Notes: a model not told the origin generated them from the sequence alone. A DNA stretch of 64,000 nt from an uncultured Bacilli bacterium (GCA_934086185.1 CAKOHW010000003.1:69155-133154), one strand, 5' to 3'. Shown: positions 20,216 through 31,331, counted from the stretch's first letter. Program-made: numbers and translations.

Positions 20216-20818
20216 GTGTTTATGAATTTACCTAATAAGATTACAATGTGTAGAATAGTTTTAGCAGTTATAGTATTGTTATTATTAATGTTTCCTTATG
20301 GAGCTATAGGAGTTAATGTACCTGTATATCAAATTACTGGTAATATTACATTAAAGTTAAATTATATAGTTGCTGGTGTATTATTTATTATTGCATCTGT
20401 TACAGATTTTTTGGATGGTAATATTGCTAGAAAGAATAATTTAGTTACAGATTTTGGAAAAGTTATGGATGCTATTGCTGATAAGGTGTTAGTTAATGGT
20501 GTTTTAATGATTTTAGCTTATAATGGTGATATTCCACTTGTTATACCTGTAATTATTATAACTAGAGATACTGTTGTTGATTCAATTAAAATGGTAGCAG
20601 GATCTAAAGGTAATGTAGTTGCTGCAAGTATATGGGGAAAATTAAAAACTATATGCATGATGGTAGGATTATGTTTAGTGTTCTTTTCTAATTTACCTTT
20701 TGAATTAATTGGTATTAGATTAGACTATATCTTATTAATTATTGCAACTGTTTTATCTATATATTCTGGTATACAATATTTTATAGTAAATAAGCAATAT
20801 TTTTTAGAAGATAAATAA
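20216..20818 (+). CDS. pgsA: CDP-diacylglycerol--glycerol-3-phosphate 3-phosphatidyltransferase
   Basis: CDP-alcohol phosphatidyltransferase motif DFLDGNIARK ... GKVMDAIADK. The start may be the ATG at 20222. Confidence 0.8.
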   Translation: MFMNLPNKITMCRIVLAVIVLLLLMFPYGAIGVNVPVYQITGNITLKLNYIVAGVLFIIASVTDFLDGNIARKNNLVTDFGKVMDAIADKVLVNGVLMILAYNGDIPLVIPVIIITRDTVVDSIKMVAGSKGNVVAASIWGKLKTICMMVGLCLVFFSNLPFELIGIRLDYILLIIATVLSIYSGIQYFIVNKQYFLEDK

Positions 20819-20875
20819 TATCTTCTTTTTTTTACAAAAATTAAATATTTGTAATACATTTGTTCGATAAAAGTG

Positions 20876-20904
20876 TTGACAAATATTTTTTTAATTGCTA
20901 CAAT
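20876..20904 (+). promoter_or_regulatory. Sigma-A type promoter for recA
   Basis: TTGACA (20876-20881), a 17-nt spacer, then TACAAT (20899-20904), about 27 nt before the recA start codon. Confidence 0.5.
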
Positions 20905-20930
20905 TAATTTGTAGGAGATAGGGAGAATTT

Positions 20931-21971
20931 ATGAAAAGTATAAAAGATGTTGGTAAAGATAAGGATAAAGCTTTAGAACAAGTATTAGCAGATATAGAAA
21001 AACAATTTGGAAAAGGTTCAATTATGAAACTTGGTGGTAATGAACATATGGAAATTGAAACTACTTCAAGTGGTAGTTTAGGTTTAGATATTGCACTAGG
21101 TGTAGGTGGTTTTCCTAAAGGAAGAATTATTGAAATATATGGACCTGAAAGTAGTGGTAAAACAACAATTGCTCTACAAGCAGTTGCAGAAGTTCAAAAA
21201 TCTGGAGGTAGAGCAGCATTTATTGATGCTGAACATGCTTTGGATCCTGTTTATTCTAAACAATTAGGAGTTAATATTGATGAATTATTATTATCACAAC
21301 CAGATACAGGAGAACAAGCTTTAGAAATATGTGAAGCACTAGTTAGAAGTGGTGCTGTTAATATTGTTGTTATAGATTCTGTTGCTGCATTGGTTCCACA
21401 AGCTGAAATAGAAGGTGAAATGGGAGATAGCCATGTTGGTTTACAAGCTAGATTAATGAGTCAAGCATTACGTAAATTAAGTGGTACAATAAGTAAAACT
21501 AATACTACTGCAATATTTATAAATCAATTACGTGAAAAGGTAGGAGTATTATTTGGTAATCCTGAAACAACTCCAGGAGGTAGAGCATTAAAATTTTATT
21601 CAACTATTAGATTAGATATCAGAAGAGGCGAACAATTAAAAGTAGGAGATAATATTATTGGAAACAAAACAAATATTAAAGTGGTAAAAAATAAAGTAGC
21701 ACCTCCATTTAAAACTGCCACTGTTGACATTATGTATGGAAAGGGAATATCAAAAAGTGGGGAACTATTAGATATTGCAAGTAATATTGATATAATAGAA
21801 AAAAGTGGAGCTTGGTATGCTTATAATGGTGAAAAAATTGGCCAAGGAAGAGAAAATGCTAAAATTTATTTAGAAAACAATCCTGATATAATGAACGAAA
21901 TTGATCATAAAGTAAGAGTTCATTTTGAACTTATAAAAGATGATGATAAAAAAAATAAAAAAGATAAATAG
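20931..21971 (+). CDS. recA: Recombinase RecA
   Basis: GPESSGKTT Walker A and characteristic RecA core motifs throughout. RBS GGAGATAGGGAG. Confidence 0.95.
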   Translation: MKSIKDVGKDKDKALEQVLADIEKQFGKGSIMKLGGNEHMEIETTSSGSLGLDIALGVGGFPKGRIIEIYGPESSGKTTIALQAVAEVQKSGGRAAFIDAEHALDPVYSKQLGVNIDELLLSQPDTGEQALEICEALVRSGAVNIVVIDSVAALVPQAEIEGEMGDSHVGLQARLMSQALRKLSGTISKTNTTAIFINQLREKVGVLFGNPETTPGGRALKFYSTIRLDIRRGEQLKVGDNIIGNKTNIKVVKNKVAPPFKTATVDIMYGKGISKSGELLDIASNIDIIEKSGAWYAYNGEKIGQGRENAKIYLENNPDIMNEIDHKVRVHFELIKDDDKKNKKDK

Positions 21972-21994
21972 GAAACTAGAAATGGTTTCCTTTT
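21970..21994 (+). terminator. recA terminator
   Basis: GGAAAC TAGAAATG GTTTCC followed by TTTT. Confidence 0.65.
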
Positions 21995-22084
21995 AAAAAT
22001 CTTGCAAAATAGAGCATTTAATTTTATAATAAATATGTAAGTATTTATAGAATAATATTTATTTATGATAAAGAAGGAGGATTT

Positions 22085-23638
22085 ATGGAATTAACTACTA
22101 CTTCCATAATAACTCTTATAATTGGTTTACTTACTGGTGGTATATTAATTTTTATTATAGTAGTATTAACAGGTGCCGGTGTAGGTAAAAAAGCAGAAAA
22201 ATTATTAAATGAGGCTAAAAAGGAAGCCGAAAAATATAAAAGAGATAGTATTCTTGAATTAAAAGAAGAATCTTATAAATTAAAATCTGATACAGATAAA
22301 GAAATTAAAGAAAAAAAACAAGAAATTCTTCAAAGTGAAGAACGTTTACTTACTAGAGAAAAATCTTTAGATAAAAGAGAAGAAATGTTACAAAATAGAG
22401 ATAACATGTTGGAACAAAAAGATAATAATTTAAATGCTTTACAAAAGAAAATCCAAGAAAAAGAGTTAAAGATGGATGATTTATTAAAACAAGAAATGGA
22501 AAAATTAGAAAGTATTGCTAAGTTTTCTAAAGAAAAAGCACATTCTGAAATTATGGAACGTGTTGAAAATGAAATGTCTCGTGAAATTGCTGAGATGATA
22601 AAAGAAAAAGAAGCAGAAGCTAAATTAGAAGTTGATAAGAAAGCAAAAAATTTACTTATTAATAGTATGCAAAGATATAGTAATGACGTTGCTAATATTC
22701 AAACAGTTACTACAATAGATTTGCCTAATGACGATATGAAAGGTAGATTAATTGGTAGAGAAGGTAGAAATATAAGAACAATAGAAGCTGTTACTGGTGT
22801 TGATTTAATTATAGATGATACGCCTGAGGCTATAGTTATTTCTTCTTTTGATCCCTTTAGAAGAGAAATTGCTAAAATTACTATTGAAACTTTAATTAAG
22901 GATGGAAGAATTCACCCTACTCGTATAGAGGAAATATATGAAAAAACTTGTAACGATATGAATGCAAGGGTTATGGAGTTAGGTAATGATACAATAGTTG
23001 AATTAGGTTTAACAAGGTTTGATCCAGAATTAGTTAAATTAATTGGTAAATTAAATTTTAGAACTAGTTATGGTCAAAATGCTTTACAACATTCTAAAGA
23101 AGTTGCACATTTATCTGGGTTAATTGCTGCGGAATTAGGTGAAAATATTAATTTAGCAAAAAGAGCAGGTTTGTTACATGACATAGGAAAATCAATAGAT
23201 TTCGAAATGGAAGGTAGCCATGTTGATATTGGTGTTGACATTGCTAAGAAATTTAAAGAAGATAAAGTAGTTATTAATGCTATTCATTCTCATCATGGAG
23301 ATGCTGAGGCTAAAAGCGTTATATCAGTTATTACACAAATTGCTGACACATTGTCTGCTGCAAGACCTGGTGCTAGAAATGATTCAATGGAAAACTATAT
23401 TAAGAGATTAGAACAATTAGAAGAAATTGGAAATAGTTTTGATGGAGTTGAAAAGACATTTGCTATGCAGGCTGGTCGTGAAGTACGTGTAATTGTAAAA
23501 CCTGATGAAATTGATGATTTAACAAGTTTTAAAATTGCAAGAGATATAAAAGATAAAATCGAAAATGAAATGCAATATCCAGGAACTATTAAAATAACTG
23601 TAGTTAGAGAAACTAGAGTTGAAGAAATTGCAAAATAG
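22085..23638 (+). CDS. rny: Ribonuclease Y
   Basis: N-terminal TM, coiled coil, KH domain (GRLIGREGRNIR), HD domain (LLHDIGK ... HSHHG). RBS AAGGAGG. Confidence 0.9.
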   Translation: MELTTTSIITLIIGLLTGGILIFIIVVLTGAGVGKKAEKLLNEAKKEAEKYKRDSILELKEESYKLKSDTDKEIKEKKQEILQSEERLLTREKSLDKREEMLQNRDNMLEQKDNNLNALQKKIQEKELKMDDLLKQEMEKLESIAKFSKEKAHSEIMERVENEMSREIAEMIKEKEAEAKLEVDKKAKNLLINSMQRYSNDVANIQTVTTIDLPNDDMKGRLIGREGRNIRTIEAVTGVDLIIDDTPEAIVISSFDPFRREIAKITIETLIKDGRIHPTRIEEIYEKTCNDMNARVMELGNDTIVELGLTRFDPELVKLIGKLNFRTSYGQNALQHSKEVAHLSGLIAAELGENINLAKRAGLLHDIGKSIDFEMEGSHVDIGVDIAKKFKEDKVVINAIHSHHGDAEAKSVISVITQIADTLSAARPGARNDSMENYIKRLEQLEEIGNSFDGVEKTFAMQAGREVRVIVKPDEIDDLTSFKIARDIKDKIENEMQYPGTIKITVVRETRVEEIAK

Positions 23639-23663
23639 TAGAACATTAAGTCTACTATTTTTT
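23636..23663 (+). terminator. rny terminator
   Basis: TAGTAGA ACATTAAG TCTACTA followed by TTTTTT. Confidence 0.65.
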
Positions 23664-23741
23664 GTGTAAAGTTAATGATAATTGTTTTTTTATTGTTTAC
23701 ATTTACTTTATATAAGTATTATGATTATTTTAGGAGGATGT

Positions 23742-24359
23742 ATGAATAAAATAAAAATAAATTCAGGATTAGCTTGTTTAATTTTATTAGTTAGTTTATT
23801 TGTTGGGTTTGAGACACTATTATTAGTTTCTATATTAATGTTATTATTTTGTGAATGTGATGATAGTGTAAAAATCAATATGTCAAAATTTATAACTTTT
23901 ATGGCTGGTATTGCAATTTTTAAATTATCTTGGACAGTTGTTAGTAATGGAGTATCGCTTGGTACTACTACTATTAATAATTTAATTCAAATATTTAACA
24001 GTTATATGACTAGACCATTAGATACTATTAAATTACAAGCATATTTGTTAAATCCAATTGATAATATATTAGAAGTATTAGATAATTTCGTTAATTATTT
24101 TGTATTATTAGTTAAATTTTATTTTATAATTTCTATAATTAGAAATAAACCTTTAAAAAATAATTTTATTTTTGATAAAGTGTATAGTTATGTAAATAGT
24201 TTTCAAAATTATGTAAACTCTTTTAATAATAGTCAACAATCTTATAACCAAAATATGCAACAAAATTATAGTCAAAATAATCAAAATTTTAATCAAGGGA
24301 TGCAACAATCTTATAATCAAAATACTCAACAAAATACAAATAATAATTCTGGAATGTAA
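23742..24359 (+). CDS. Hypothetical membrane protein with Q/N-rich C-terminus
   Basis: Start moved to the ATG with RBS TAGGAGG (track ORF begins 23682). TM helices; the C-terminal third is Q/N/Y low-complexity. Confidence 0.4.
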   Translation: MNKIKINSGLACLILLVSLFVGFETLLLVSILMLLFCECDDSVKINMSKFITFMAGIAIFKLSWTVVSNGVSLGTTTINNLIQIFNSYMTRPLDTIKLQAYLLNPIDNILEVLDNFVNYFVLLVKFYFIISIIRNKPLKNNFIFDKVYSYVNSFQNYVNSFNNSQQSYNQNMQQNYSQNNQNFNQGMQQSYNQNTQQNTNNNSGM

Positions 24360-24374
24360 AAAAAGATTTAGTTT

Positions 24375-25496
24375 TTAAATCTTTTTTAATGTATTAAATT
24401 CATTTATAAAATAATTATCTGTCATACCCGCTATGTAATCTATTACTATTCTTTCATTAGTGTTAGTTTTATAAGTATTATCCATATTATTTAAATAGTT
24501 TGTAAATATAGAATAGTTAGTTAAATTATTATTTAATATGTATAGATTTTTTTCAAATACTACTTTAAACATGAAATTATATTCTTCTAGTTGATTTTTT
24601 GAGTTTGCTTTATTGTATATATTTTCATAATTGAATTTTATTAAATTATTTAATGCTTCAAATTTTTCATCAGATAACATAATATAATTTTTATTTAAAG
24701 AATTTTCTATTACATCTTTTATTAGTGTATTAACAATTTCTTTATTGTTATTTCCAAGTATATTAGATATGGATTTTGGTATATCTATTTTTATTGTATT
24801 TATTGCTTCAGCATCTTCATAATCTCTTCCTACGTATGCAATGATATCACTAATTCTTACTACGCATGCTTCTAAGGTCATTGGAATTAGATTACCAGCG
24901 AATTTTTTATCTTTATATGATTTGTTATAATCGTCTAAAAATTCTTCTTTAGTTTTCTTTTTGTAAGTATACTTTTGTAATAATTTTTCACCATTGTGAC
25001 ACATTATTCCATCAAGTGTTTGTACTGTTATGTTTTTTCCTTTTCCATTATTTTCTATATAAAGTAGTGTTCTTACACTTTCTATGTTATGTAGAAATAT
25101 TCCTTCATTATGTTCTTGGCTTAATTTATTTAATATACTTTCTCCTACGTGACCAAATGGTACATGTCCTAAATCGTGGCCTAGAGACATTGCTTCAATT
25201 AAATCTTCATTTAATTTTAATGCTCTACCAATAGTTCTTGCTATTTTGCTTACAAGTTGAACGTGAATAATTCTTTTTGTTATATGATCATTATTATTGT
25301 TTGAAAATACTTGTGTTTTATCGTTATATCTAGTATAAGATAAACTATGTATTATTCTATCTATATCTCTAAAAAAATTAGGTCTAAAATCATCATTATT
25401 AGGATTAAAGTGTATAGCATTGATACTTTTTTCTGCATAAGGAGATAAGTCATTTTCATAACGTAACATATTATTTTTTATATTCATATATTTCAC
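24375..25496 (-). CDS. dGTP triphosphohydrolase-like HD-domain phosphohydrolase
   Basis: dGTPase-family motifs HVQLVSKIART ... LGHDLGHVPFGHVGE ... RISDIIAY. Confidence 0.7.
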   Translation of the reverse strand: MKYMNIKNNMLRYENDLSPYAEKSINAIHFNPNNDDFRPNFFRDIDRIIHSLSYTRYNDKTQVFSNNNNDHITKRIIHVQLVSKIARTIGRALKLNEDLIEAMSLGHDLGHVPFGHVGESILNKLSQEHNEGIFLHNIESVRTLLYIENNGKGKNITVQTLDGIMCHNGEKLLQKYTYKKKTKEEFLDDYNKSYKDKKFAGNLIPMTLEACVVRISDIIAYVGRDYEDAEAINTIKIDIPKSISNILGNNNKEIVNTLIKDVIENSLNKNYIMLSDEKFEALNNLIKFNYENIYNKANSKNQLEEYNFMFKVVFEKNLYILNNNLTNYSIFTNYLNNMDNTYKTNTNERIVIDYIAGMTDNYFINEFNTLKKI

Positions 25497-25576
25497 CTAT
25501 ATACATTATATCAAATATATTATAGGTATCAAAATTATTTTTGTATTCATATAATATCATGTATAAAGGAGAGATT

Positions 25577-26560
25577 ATGAAAAAAATAATAATTATATGT
25601 TTATGTATATTTGTTTTAATATTAGGTAGTATATTATTTTTTAATAAGAAAGATAGTGATAAAAAATTACAAAAAATTGTCGTTTCTGAAGTTACACATT
25701 CAGCATTCTATGCTCCATGGTATGTTGCTATAGAAGAAGGTTATTTTGAAGATGAAGGGCTTGATATAGATGTTGTTTTAACAAGTGGAGCTAATAATGT
25801 AGTTGCAGCTGTTTTAAGTAATGATGTTAATATAGGATTATGTGGACCTGAAGCAACTATTTATGTTTATAATGAAGGAGAAAAAGATTATATTCAGACA
25901 TTTTCTGGTTTAACTAAAAGAGATGGACAATTTATAGTATCAAGAAAGAAAATAGATAATTTTACTATGAAAGATATGGTTGGAAAAGAAGTTTTAGCTG
26001 GTAGAGTAGGTGGTATGCCTGAATTAAATTTTCTAAATGCTTTAAAAAACTCTAATGTTGATAAAAAAGATGTAAATATTAATACAACAGTTGATTTTGC
26101 CTCATTATCTGGTTCATTTATTGGTGGAACAGGTGATTTTGTTAATTTATTTGAACCTAATGCAACTATGTTAGAAAAAATGGGATTTGGATACGTAGTA
26201 GGTTCTGTTGGTGAATTATCTGGAGAAGTTCCATATACTGCATTTAATGCTAGAAAGAGTTATATAGAAAATAATCAAAATGTTATTAAAAAATTTGTTA
26301 AAGCTATAAATAAAGGGTTAAAATATGTAAGTGATAATAGTAGTGAAAAAATTGCTAATGCTATAATAAATCAATTTCCTGATACTTCAATAAATGATTT
26401 AATTAGTATAATTGATAGATATAAAGATGCAGATTCTTGGCTTTCTACAACAAATATTAGTAAAGAAAGTTTTGTGAATTTAGAAGATATAATGATTGAA
26501 TCAAATCAATTAAAAGAATATGTTAATTATGAAGATTTGATTATTAATTATTATGAATAA
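25577..26560 (+). CDS. ABC transporter substrate-binding protein (NMT1/THI5, SsuA/TauA-like)
   Basis: N-terminal TM/signal, periplasmic-binding fold. RBS AAAGGAGAG (track ORF begins 25541). First gene of a three-gene operon with overlapping stop/start codons. Confidence 0.6.
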   Translation: MKKIIIICLCIFVLILGSILFFNKKDSDKKLQKIVVSEVTHSAFYAPWYVAIEEGYFEDEGLDIDVVLTSGANNVVAAVLSNDVNIGLCGPEATIYVYNEGEKDYIQTFSGLTKRDGQFIVSRKKIDNFTMKDMVGKEVLAGRVGGMPELNFLNALKNSNVDKKDVNINTTVDFASLSGSFIGGTGDFVNLFEPNATMLEKMGFGYVVGSVGELSGEVPYTAFNARKSYIENNQNVIKKFVKAINKGLKYVSDNSSEKIANAIINQFPDTSINDLISIIDRYKDADSWLSTTNISKESFVNLEDIMIESNQLKEYVNYEDLIINYYE

Positions 26561-27296
26561 GTTGATTGAAATAAAAAATTTAAATAAAACTTACTATACT
26601 AAGTTAGGTTGTGTAGATGCTTTAAAAGACATTAATCTTGACGTTAAAGATGGTGAAATACTTGGAATAATTGGTAATAGTGGATGTGGTAAAAGTACAC
26701 TATTATCTATATTATCTAAATTGGATAATGCTACTAGTGGAAGTATTAAATCTAGTAAAGATAATTATACTTTTGGATATATGATGCAAAATGATGCTTT
26801 GTTTCCATGGCTAACTATTTATGATAATGCTATACTTGGTTTAAAGTTAAAGAATATGTTAAATGATGAAAATATAAAATATGTTAAGAAATTATTGAAA
26901 ACTTATGGATTAGAAGAATTTATGTATAAATATCCATCTAGTTTGTCTGGAGGAATGAAACAGAGAGTGGCTTTAATTAGGACACTTGCTATTAAACCAG
27001 ATATTTTATTACTTGATGAACCATTTTCTAAGTTAGATTTAATAACACGATTAGATATAAGTGATGATGTATATAAAATAATTCGTGATGAAAAAAAGAC
27101 AACTATTATTATAAGTCATGATATTGCGGAATGTGTTTCATTATGTGATAGAGTGGCTGTTATGTCAAAAAGGCCTGGTACAATAAAAAAAATATTTGAT
27201 ATTAGTTTATTAAATAAAAATTTGCCTTCTAAAAATAGATTAGATGAAAAATTTTATTATTATTATGATATTTTATGGAAGGAAATTGATAAATGA
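26553..27296 (+). CDS. ABC transporter ATP-binding protein (SsuB/TauB-like)
   Basis: Walker A GNSGCGKST, signature LSGGMKQR, Walker B LLLDEPFS. Confidence 0.8.
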   Translation: MNKLIEIKNLNKTYYTKLGCVDALKDINLDVKDGEILGIIGNSGCGKSTLLSILSKLDNATSGSIKSSKDNYTFGYMMQNDALFPWLTIYDNAILGLKLKNMLNDENIKYVKKLLKTYGLEEFMYKYPSSLSGGMKQRVALIRTLAIKPDILLLDEPFSKLDLITRLDISDDVYKIIRDEKKTTIIISHDIAECVSLCDRVAVMSKRPGTIKKIFDISLLNKNLPSKNRLDEKFYYYYDILWKEIDK

Positions 27297-28069
27297 ATGA
27301 TATTTTAAAACAAGAAAGAAAAGAAAAAATAGTTGTTAGATTTTTTCAAATATTTATTGGACTAAGTTTTATTATATTATGGGAATTATTAAGTAGGTTT
27401 AAGATTATTAATAGTTTTGTTTTTTCTAGTCCTAGTAAGATAATATATACATTAGTTGATTTATATAGAAATAATAATCTTTTTAATAATATATTTGTTA
27501 CTTTATATGAGTTATTTATATCTTTTGGAATAGGTAGTATATTAGGATTTGTAATTGCTATTATATTTTATAGAGTACCTATATTAAAAAAAGTATTTGA
27601 TCCATATTTAACATTACTTAATAGTTTACCTAAGGTAGCTTTAGGGCCATTATTAATTATATGGATTGGTGCAAATACTAAGTCTATTATAGTTATGGCA
27701 TTATTAATAAATTTAATTGTTTCTATTATAGGATTTTATAATGGGTTTACTAATACTGATAAGTATAAACTAAAATTATTAAAATCTTTTGGTGCTAGTG
27801 AAAAACAAATTATATTTAGATTAGTTGTACCTAGTAGTTTAGAGAATATTTTTTCAACAATCAAATTAAATATAAGTATGAGTTTAATAGGTGTTATTAT
27901 GGGAGAATTTTTATCTAGTAAGGCTGGAGTAGGATATTTAATATTATATGGTACTCAAGTATTTAATTTAAATTTGGTAATGAGTGGTATTATTTTATTA
28001 TTAGTATTATCATATTTGTTGTATTTAATTATATGTTTAGTAGAAAAAAGAATTTTAAAGCATATATAA
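27293..28069 (+). CDS. ABC transporter permease (SsuC/TauC-like)
   Basis: Six predicted TM helices; overlaps the preceding gene in an ATGA arrangement. Confidence 0.7.
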   Translation: MNDILKQERKEKIVVRFFQIFIGLSFIILWELLSRFKIINSFVFSSPSKIIYTLVDLYRNNNLFNNIFVTLYELFISFGIGSILGFVIAIIFYRVPILKKVFDPYLTLLNSLPKVALGPLLIIWIGANTKSIIVMALLINLIVSIIGFYNGFTNTDKYKLKLLKSFGASEKQIIFRLVVPSSLENIFSTIKLNISMSLIGVIMGEFLSSKAGVGYLILYGTQVFNLNLVMSGIILLLVLSYLLYLIICLVEKRILKHI

Positions 28070-28091
28070 AAACTCTGAAGTTTTCAGAGTT

Positions 28092-30467
28092 TTATTCATT
28101 ACCTTTTAAACTTGATACCATATCTATATTTTTTATTTTTTTAGATAATATAAGTGATACTATATATGATACTAAGATTGTACCTATTGTTGCTACTAAA
28201 TAAGTAGATAGATTAATATGTACGCTAAAGTCATATGCTTCATCTAAACATGCTTTAAATAACCAACTTGTTAAATAATATCCGCTAGGTAAACCTATTA
28301 TTATTGATATTATAGTGATCCAAATATTTTGTTCTATAAATATATTTTTTATTTTTTTATCTTTAAATCCTAATACTTTTAATGTAGCAAATTGATATTG
28401 TTTTTCACTATATGATAAGATACCCATGTTATATATAATTACTGCTCCTAAAAGTATTGCAAAGAATATAATTAATACTATCATTTCTTTCATCATAGAT
28501 AACATTTTTTCCATACTTTTTTTAAGTGAGTTAATATCTTGTATTAATTCTATTCCGTCTATTTCCTTAATATTTTTAAGATTTTTATTAGTATAGATTG
28601 AATCTGGTTTATAAGTAATATTTAAACTTTCCAAATAATCTTTTGTAATTGTTATATTTTGATTTTGAGGATCTTTATTAAATCCAATTATTTTAGATTC
28701 ATAATAAGTTTTATCTCCATATATATGCCATTTAATTGTATCGCCAATTTTATAATTATTAAGTTCGGCTAATTTTTCAGTTACATATATACCATTTTTT
28801 GAATTTATTTTTATATATGAATCATTTTTATCTTTAAATCTAACTAAATTATTTGCATCAGTTACAAATATATTGTTTGTTGTTCTAGTGTTATCTTTAT
28901 CAAGAATTTCTATACCTAATGTTTCGCTTGTATTATTACCATAGGTATTTAATAAATCATTTAATGTATCGTCACTTACATTGTCTTTAATAGTCAGTTT
29001 ATAATTAAAATTATATAATTCGTCAAATTGTAATGATACAAAGTGATTTATACTGTTTAACATTCCAAATGCACATACAATTAATGTACAGCATCCTACT
29101 ATTCCAATTACTCCGGTAATAGTTCTAAATTTGTTTCTTATTATGTCCCTTATATTCCATTTTGTATGAAAATTTAATTTTTTAAATAAGCCTTTTGTTG
29201 TAATATTTAAACTACCATTTTTTACTTTAGGTAACTCAGTTCTTAGTGATTCACTAGGACATTTTTTTAATTCTTTATAGCATGTTAAATATGTTATTAA
29301 AGATATAATTATAATTACTATTAATGATACTAAGTAACTTGTATTGTTTATAATAGCAGTTCCGTTAGGCATTTCGAAAAATGACATTTCTATACCGATA
29401 AATAGATTTCCTATTAAATATCTTCCTAAAATGATACCAAATATACTTGCTAGTAAAGATATATAAAATCCGTATGATATATAGTGTTTCGATATTTTAG
29501 ATTTACTAAATCCTAAAGCTTTTAAAGTACCAATTTGTAGTTTTTGATTTTTTACTACTCTTGTCATAGTAGTTATAACTGATAACATTGCTATAAATAA
29601 GAATAGTCCTGAAAATATTCCTACATATGATTTTCCTTCATCAATTTCTCCTTGATACATTTCATATGATGGAGTATCTTCTATTTTTATAGTTGCTAGT
29701 GTATCTATTGTATCTTCAATATTATTTTTTACTTTGTCAACATTTGATTTTTTATTAACATCTACCATTAAATAATTGTACGGTATGTAGTCTAAATAAT
29801 TAAAATTTTTAAAGTATGCATTGAATACTTTGTCATTAGTTATGTTATTTTGTTTCATTATCATATCTTTTATATAATCAGATGGTATTTCTTTTGATGA
29901 TAAGTAAATGAAACCGTAATTTTTTTTGTCTGGAATAATTTCTGATGTATCTTTAACATCATATATGTGATCTGGTACATTTATTAAACCTAGTATTTTT
30001 TCTTTTAGAATAAATGTATCATATTTAATACTTATTTCATCTCCAACTTTTAAATTATTTTCTTCTGCATAGAAATTATCTAGCCATACACCTTTTTTAT
30101 TGTAATCAAACTTTTCACCGTCAATTATATAGAATTTTGAAATGTTATTTGATTCTATAAAACTAATTAAGTATGTTTTGTCTTTGTCGTTTGTGTCTAT
30201 TCCTGTTACTACTAATTTTCTTTCAACATCATTTATATTATTTAGTTTTTTAACTTTTGATAAATCATCCGAAGTAAAATTAGTACCTAATACATTTATA
30301 TCTTGTAAATTGTTGTTTTTATAAAATGTATCAGCGGCACTTATCATACCATCCATATATGATTCTATGCCTGTATATACCATTATACTTATTAAAACCA
30401 TTAAAAATATTGTTATAAATTGAGACTTGTTTTCCAACATGTCACGAAACATTTTTTTTCTTAACAT
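28092..30467 (-). CDS. ABC transporter permease, FtsX/MacB-like with two FtsX domains
   Basis: About 790 aa with large extracytoplasmic loops and two 4-TM FtsX modules. Start taken at the ATG (MLRKKMFRDM) 1 nt after the ATPase stop; the track ORF extends to 30485. Confidence 0.7.
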   Translation of the reverse strand: MLRKKMFRDMLENKSQFITIFLMVLISIMVYTGIESYMDGMISAADTFYKNNNLQDINVLGTNFTSDDLSKVKKLNNINDVERKLVVTGIDTNDKDKTYLISFIESNNISKFYIIDGEKFDYNKKGVWLDNFYAEENNLKVGDEISIKYDTFILKEKILGLINVPDHIYDVKDTSEIIPDKKNYGFIYLSSKEIPSDYIKDMIMKQNNITNDKVFNAYFKNFNYLDYIPYNYLMVDVNKKSNVDKVKNNIEDTIDTLATIKIEDTPSYEMYQGEIDEGKSYVGIFSGLFLFIAMLSVITTMTRVVKNQKLQIGTLKALGFSKSKISKHYISYGFYISLLASIFGIILGRYLIGNLFIGIEMSFFEMPNGTAIINNTSYLVSLIVIIIISLITYLTCYKELKKCPSESLRTELPKVKNGSLNITTKGLFKKLNFHTKWNIRDIIRNKFRTITGVIGIVGCCTLIVCAFGMLNSINHFVSLQFDELYNFNYKLTIKDNVSDDTLNDLLNTYGNNTSETLGIEILDKDNTRTTNNIFVTDANNLVRFKDKNDSYIKINSKNGIYVTEKLAELNNYKIGDTIKWHIYGDKTYYESKIIGFNKDPQNQNITITKDYLESLNITYKPDSIYTNKNLKNIKEIDGIELIQDINSLKKSMEKMLSMMKEMIVLIIFFAILLGAVIIYNMGILSYSEKQYQFATLKVLGFKDKKIKNIFIEQNIWITIISIIIGLPSGYYLTSWLFKACLDEAYDFSVHINLSTYLVATIGTILVSYIVSLILSKKIKNIDMVSSLKGNE

Positions 30468-30468
30468 A

Positions 30469-31179
30469 TTACCACACAACCTCATCTATGTCTTTTGGTT
30501 TTTTATTTATTATGTTACTTTCGATTTTGCCATTTTTAAGTCTTATAACTCTATCTGCTATTTCTGCTATTAAAGAGTTATGAGTAACTATTACAACTGT
30601 ATTATTACCATTGTTATCGTCACATTGTTCTTTTAATAATTTTAATACTTCAACACCAGTTTTAGAATCTAGTGCACCAGTAGGTTCATCACATAATAGT
30701 AATAATGGGTCTTTAGTAATTGCTCTTGCAATTGATACTCTTTGTTGCTCACCACCAGATAATTGATTTGGGAATTTTTTTAAATGTTTTTCTAAGCCAA
30801 CTTTTTTTAATACTTCTTTTGCTTTTTTAGGATGTTCTACTATATTATTAACTAATTCTACATTTTCTAATACTGTTAAAGTAGGTAGTATATTATAAAA
30901 TTGAAATATAAATCCAACATTTTCTGCTCTATATTTTGTTAATTCATTATCATTAAAATTCGATATTAAATTATCTCCAACTTTTATTTTTCCACTTGTT
31001 ACTGTGTCCATACCTCCTAATAAATTTAATAGGGTAGATTTACCAGCACCTGATGGTCCTAATATACAAACAAATTCACCTTTGTTAATATTAAAACTTA
31101 CTCCATCTAATGCATTGAATTTTTTTTCACCTACAATGTATGTTTTTTTAACATTATCGAAACTTATTAATTCTTCCAT
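30469..31179 (-). CDS. ABC transporter ATP-binding protein (MacB/LolD-type)
   Basis: Walker [10 protein letters not shown], signature LSGGEQQR, Walker [10 protein letters not shown]. Confidence 0.85.
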   Translation of the reverse strand: MEELISFDNVKKTYIVGEKKFNALDGVSFNINKGEFVCILGPSGAGKSTLLNLLGGMDTVTSGKIKVGDNLISNFNDNELTKYRAENVGFIFQFYNILPTLTVLENVELVNNIVEHPKKAKEVLKKVGLEKHLKKFPNQLSGGEQQRVSIARAITKDPLLLLCDEPTGALDSKTGVEVLKLLKEQCDDNNGNNTVVIVTHNSLIAEIADRVIRLKNGKIESNIINKKPKDIDEVVW

Positions 31180-31207
31180 AAAATAACTCTCCTTTACAAA
31201 TGTGATA

Positions 31208-31280
31208 TAAATTTCATATTTATAATTATAGTTATGTAATTAGTGATTGTCAATATAAATATGATAAATATTTCATATTT
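31208..31280. promoter_or_regulatory. Candidate TetR operator pair in the divergent ABC-efflux / tetR intergenic region
   Basis: Two related palindromes share the core TTTCATATTT: TAAATTTCATATTTA (31208-31222) and AAATATTTCATATTT (31266-31280). Confidence 0.3.
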
Positions 31281-31331
31281 TCTTGAAACATTATATTAAA
31301 AGATTTATAATATTAGAAAGGAAGTGTTATC

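Noticed and set aside
20850-20870. LexA/Cheo box at recA
   Set aside because: Only a half site (GTTCG with ATAC rather than GAAC in the partner half). Not a convincing operator.
25497-25576. TPP riboswitch upstream of the NMT1/THI5-like ABC binding protein
   Set aside because: The intergenic region is only about 80 nt and lacks the CUGAGA/ACCUGA THI-box motifs, so the transporter is more likely sulfonate/nitrate-type than thiamine-precursor-type.
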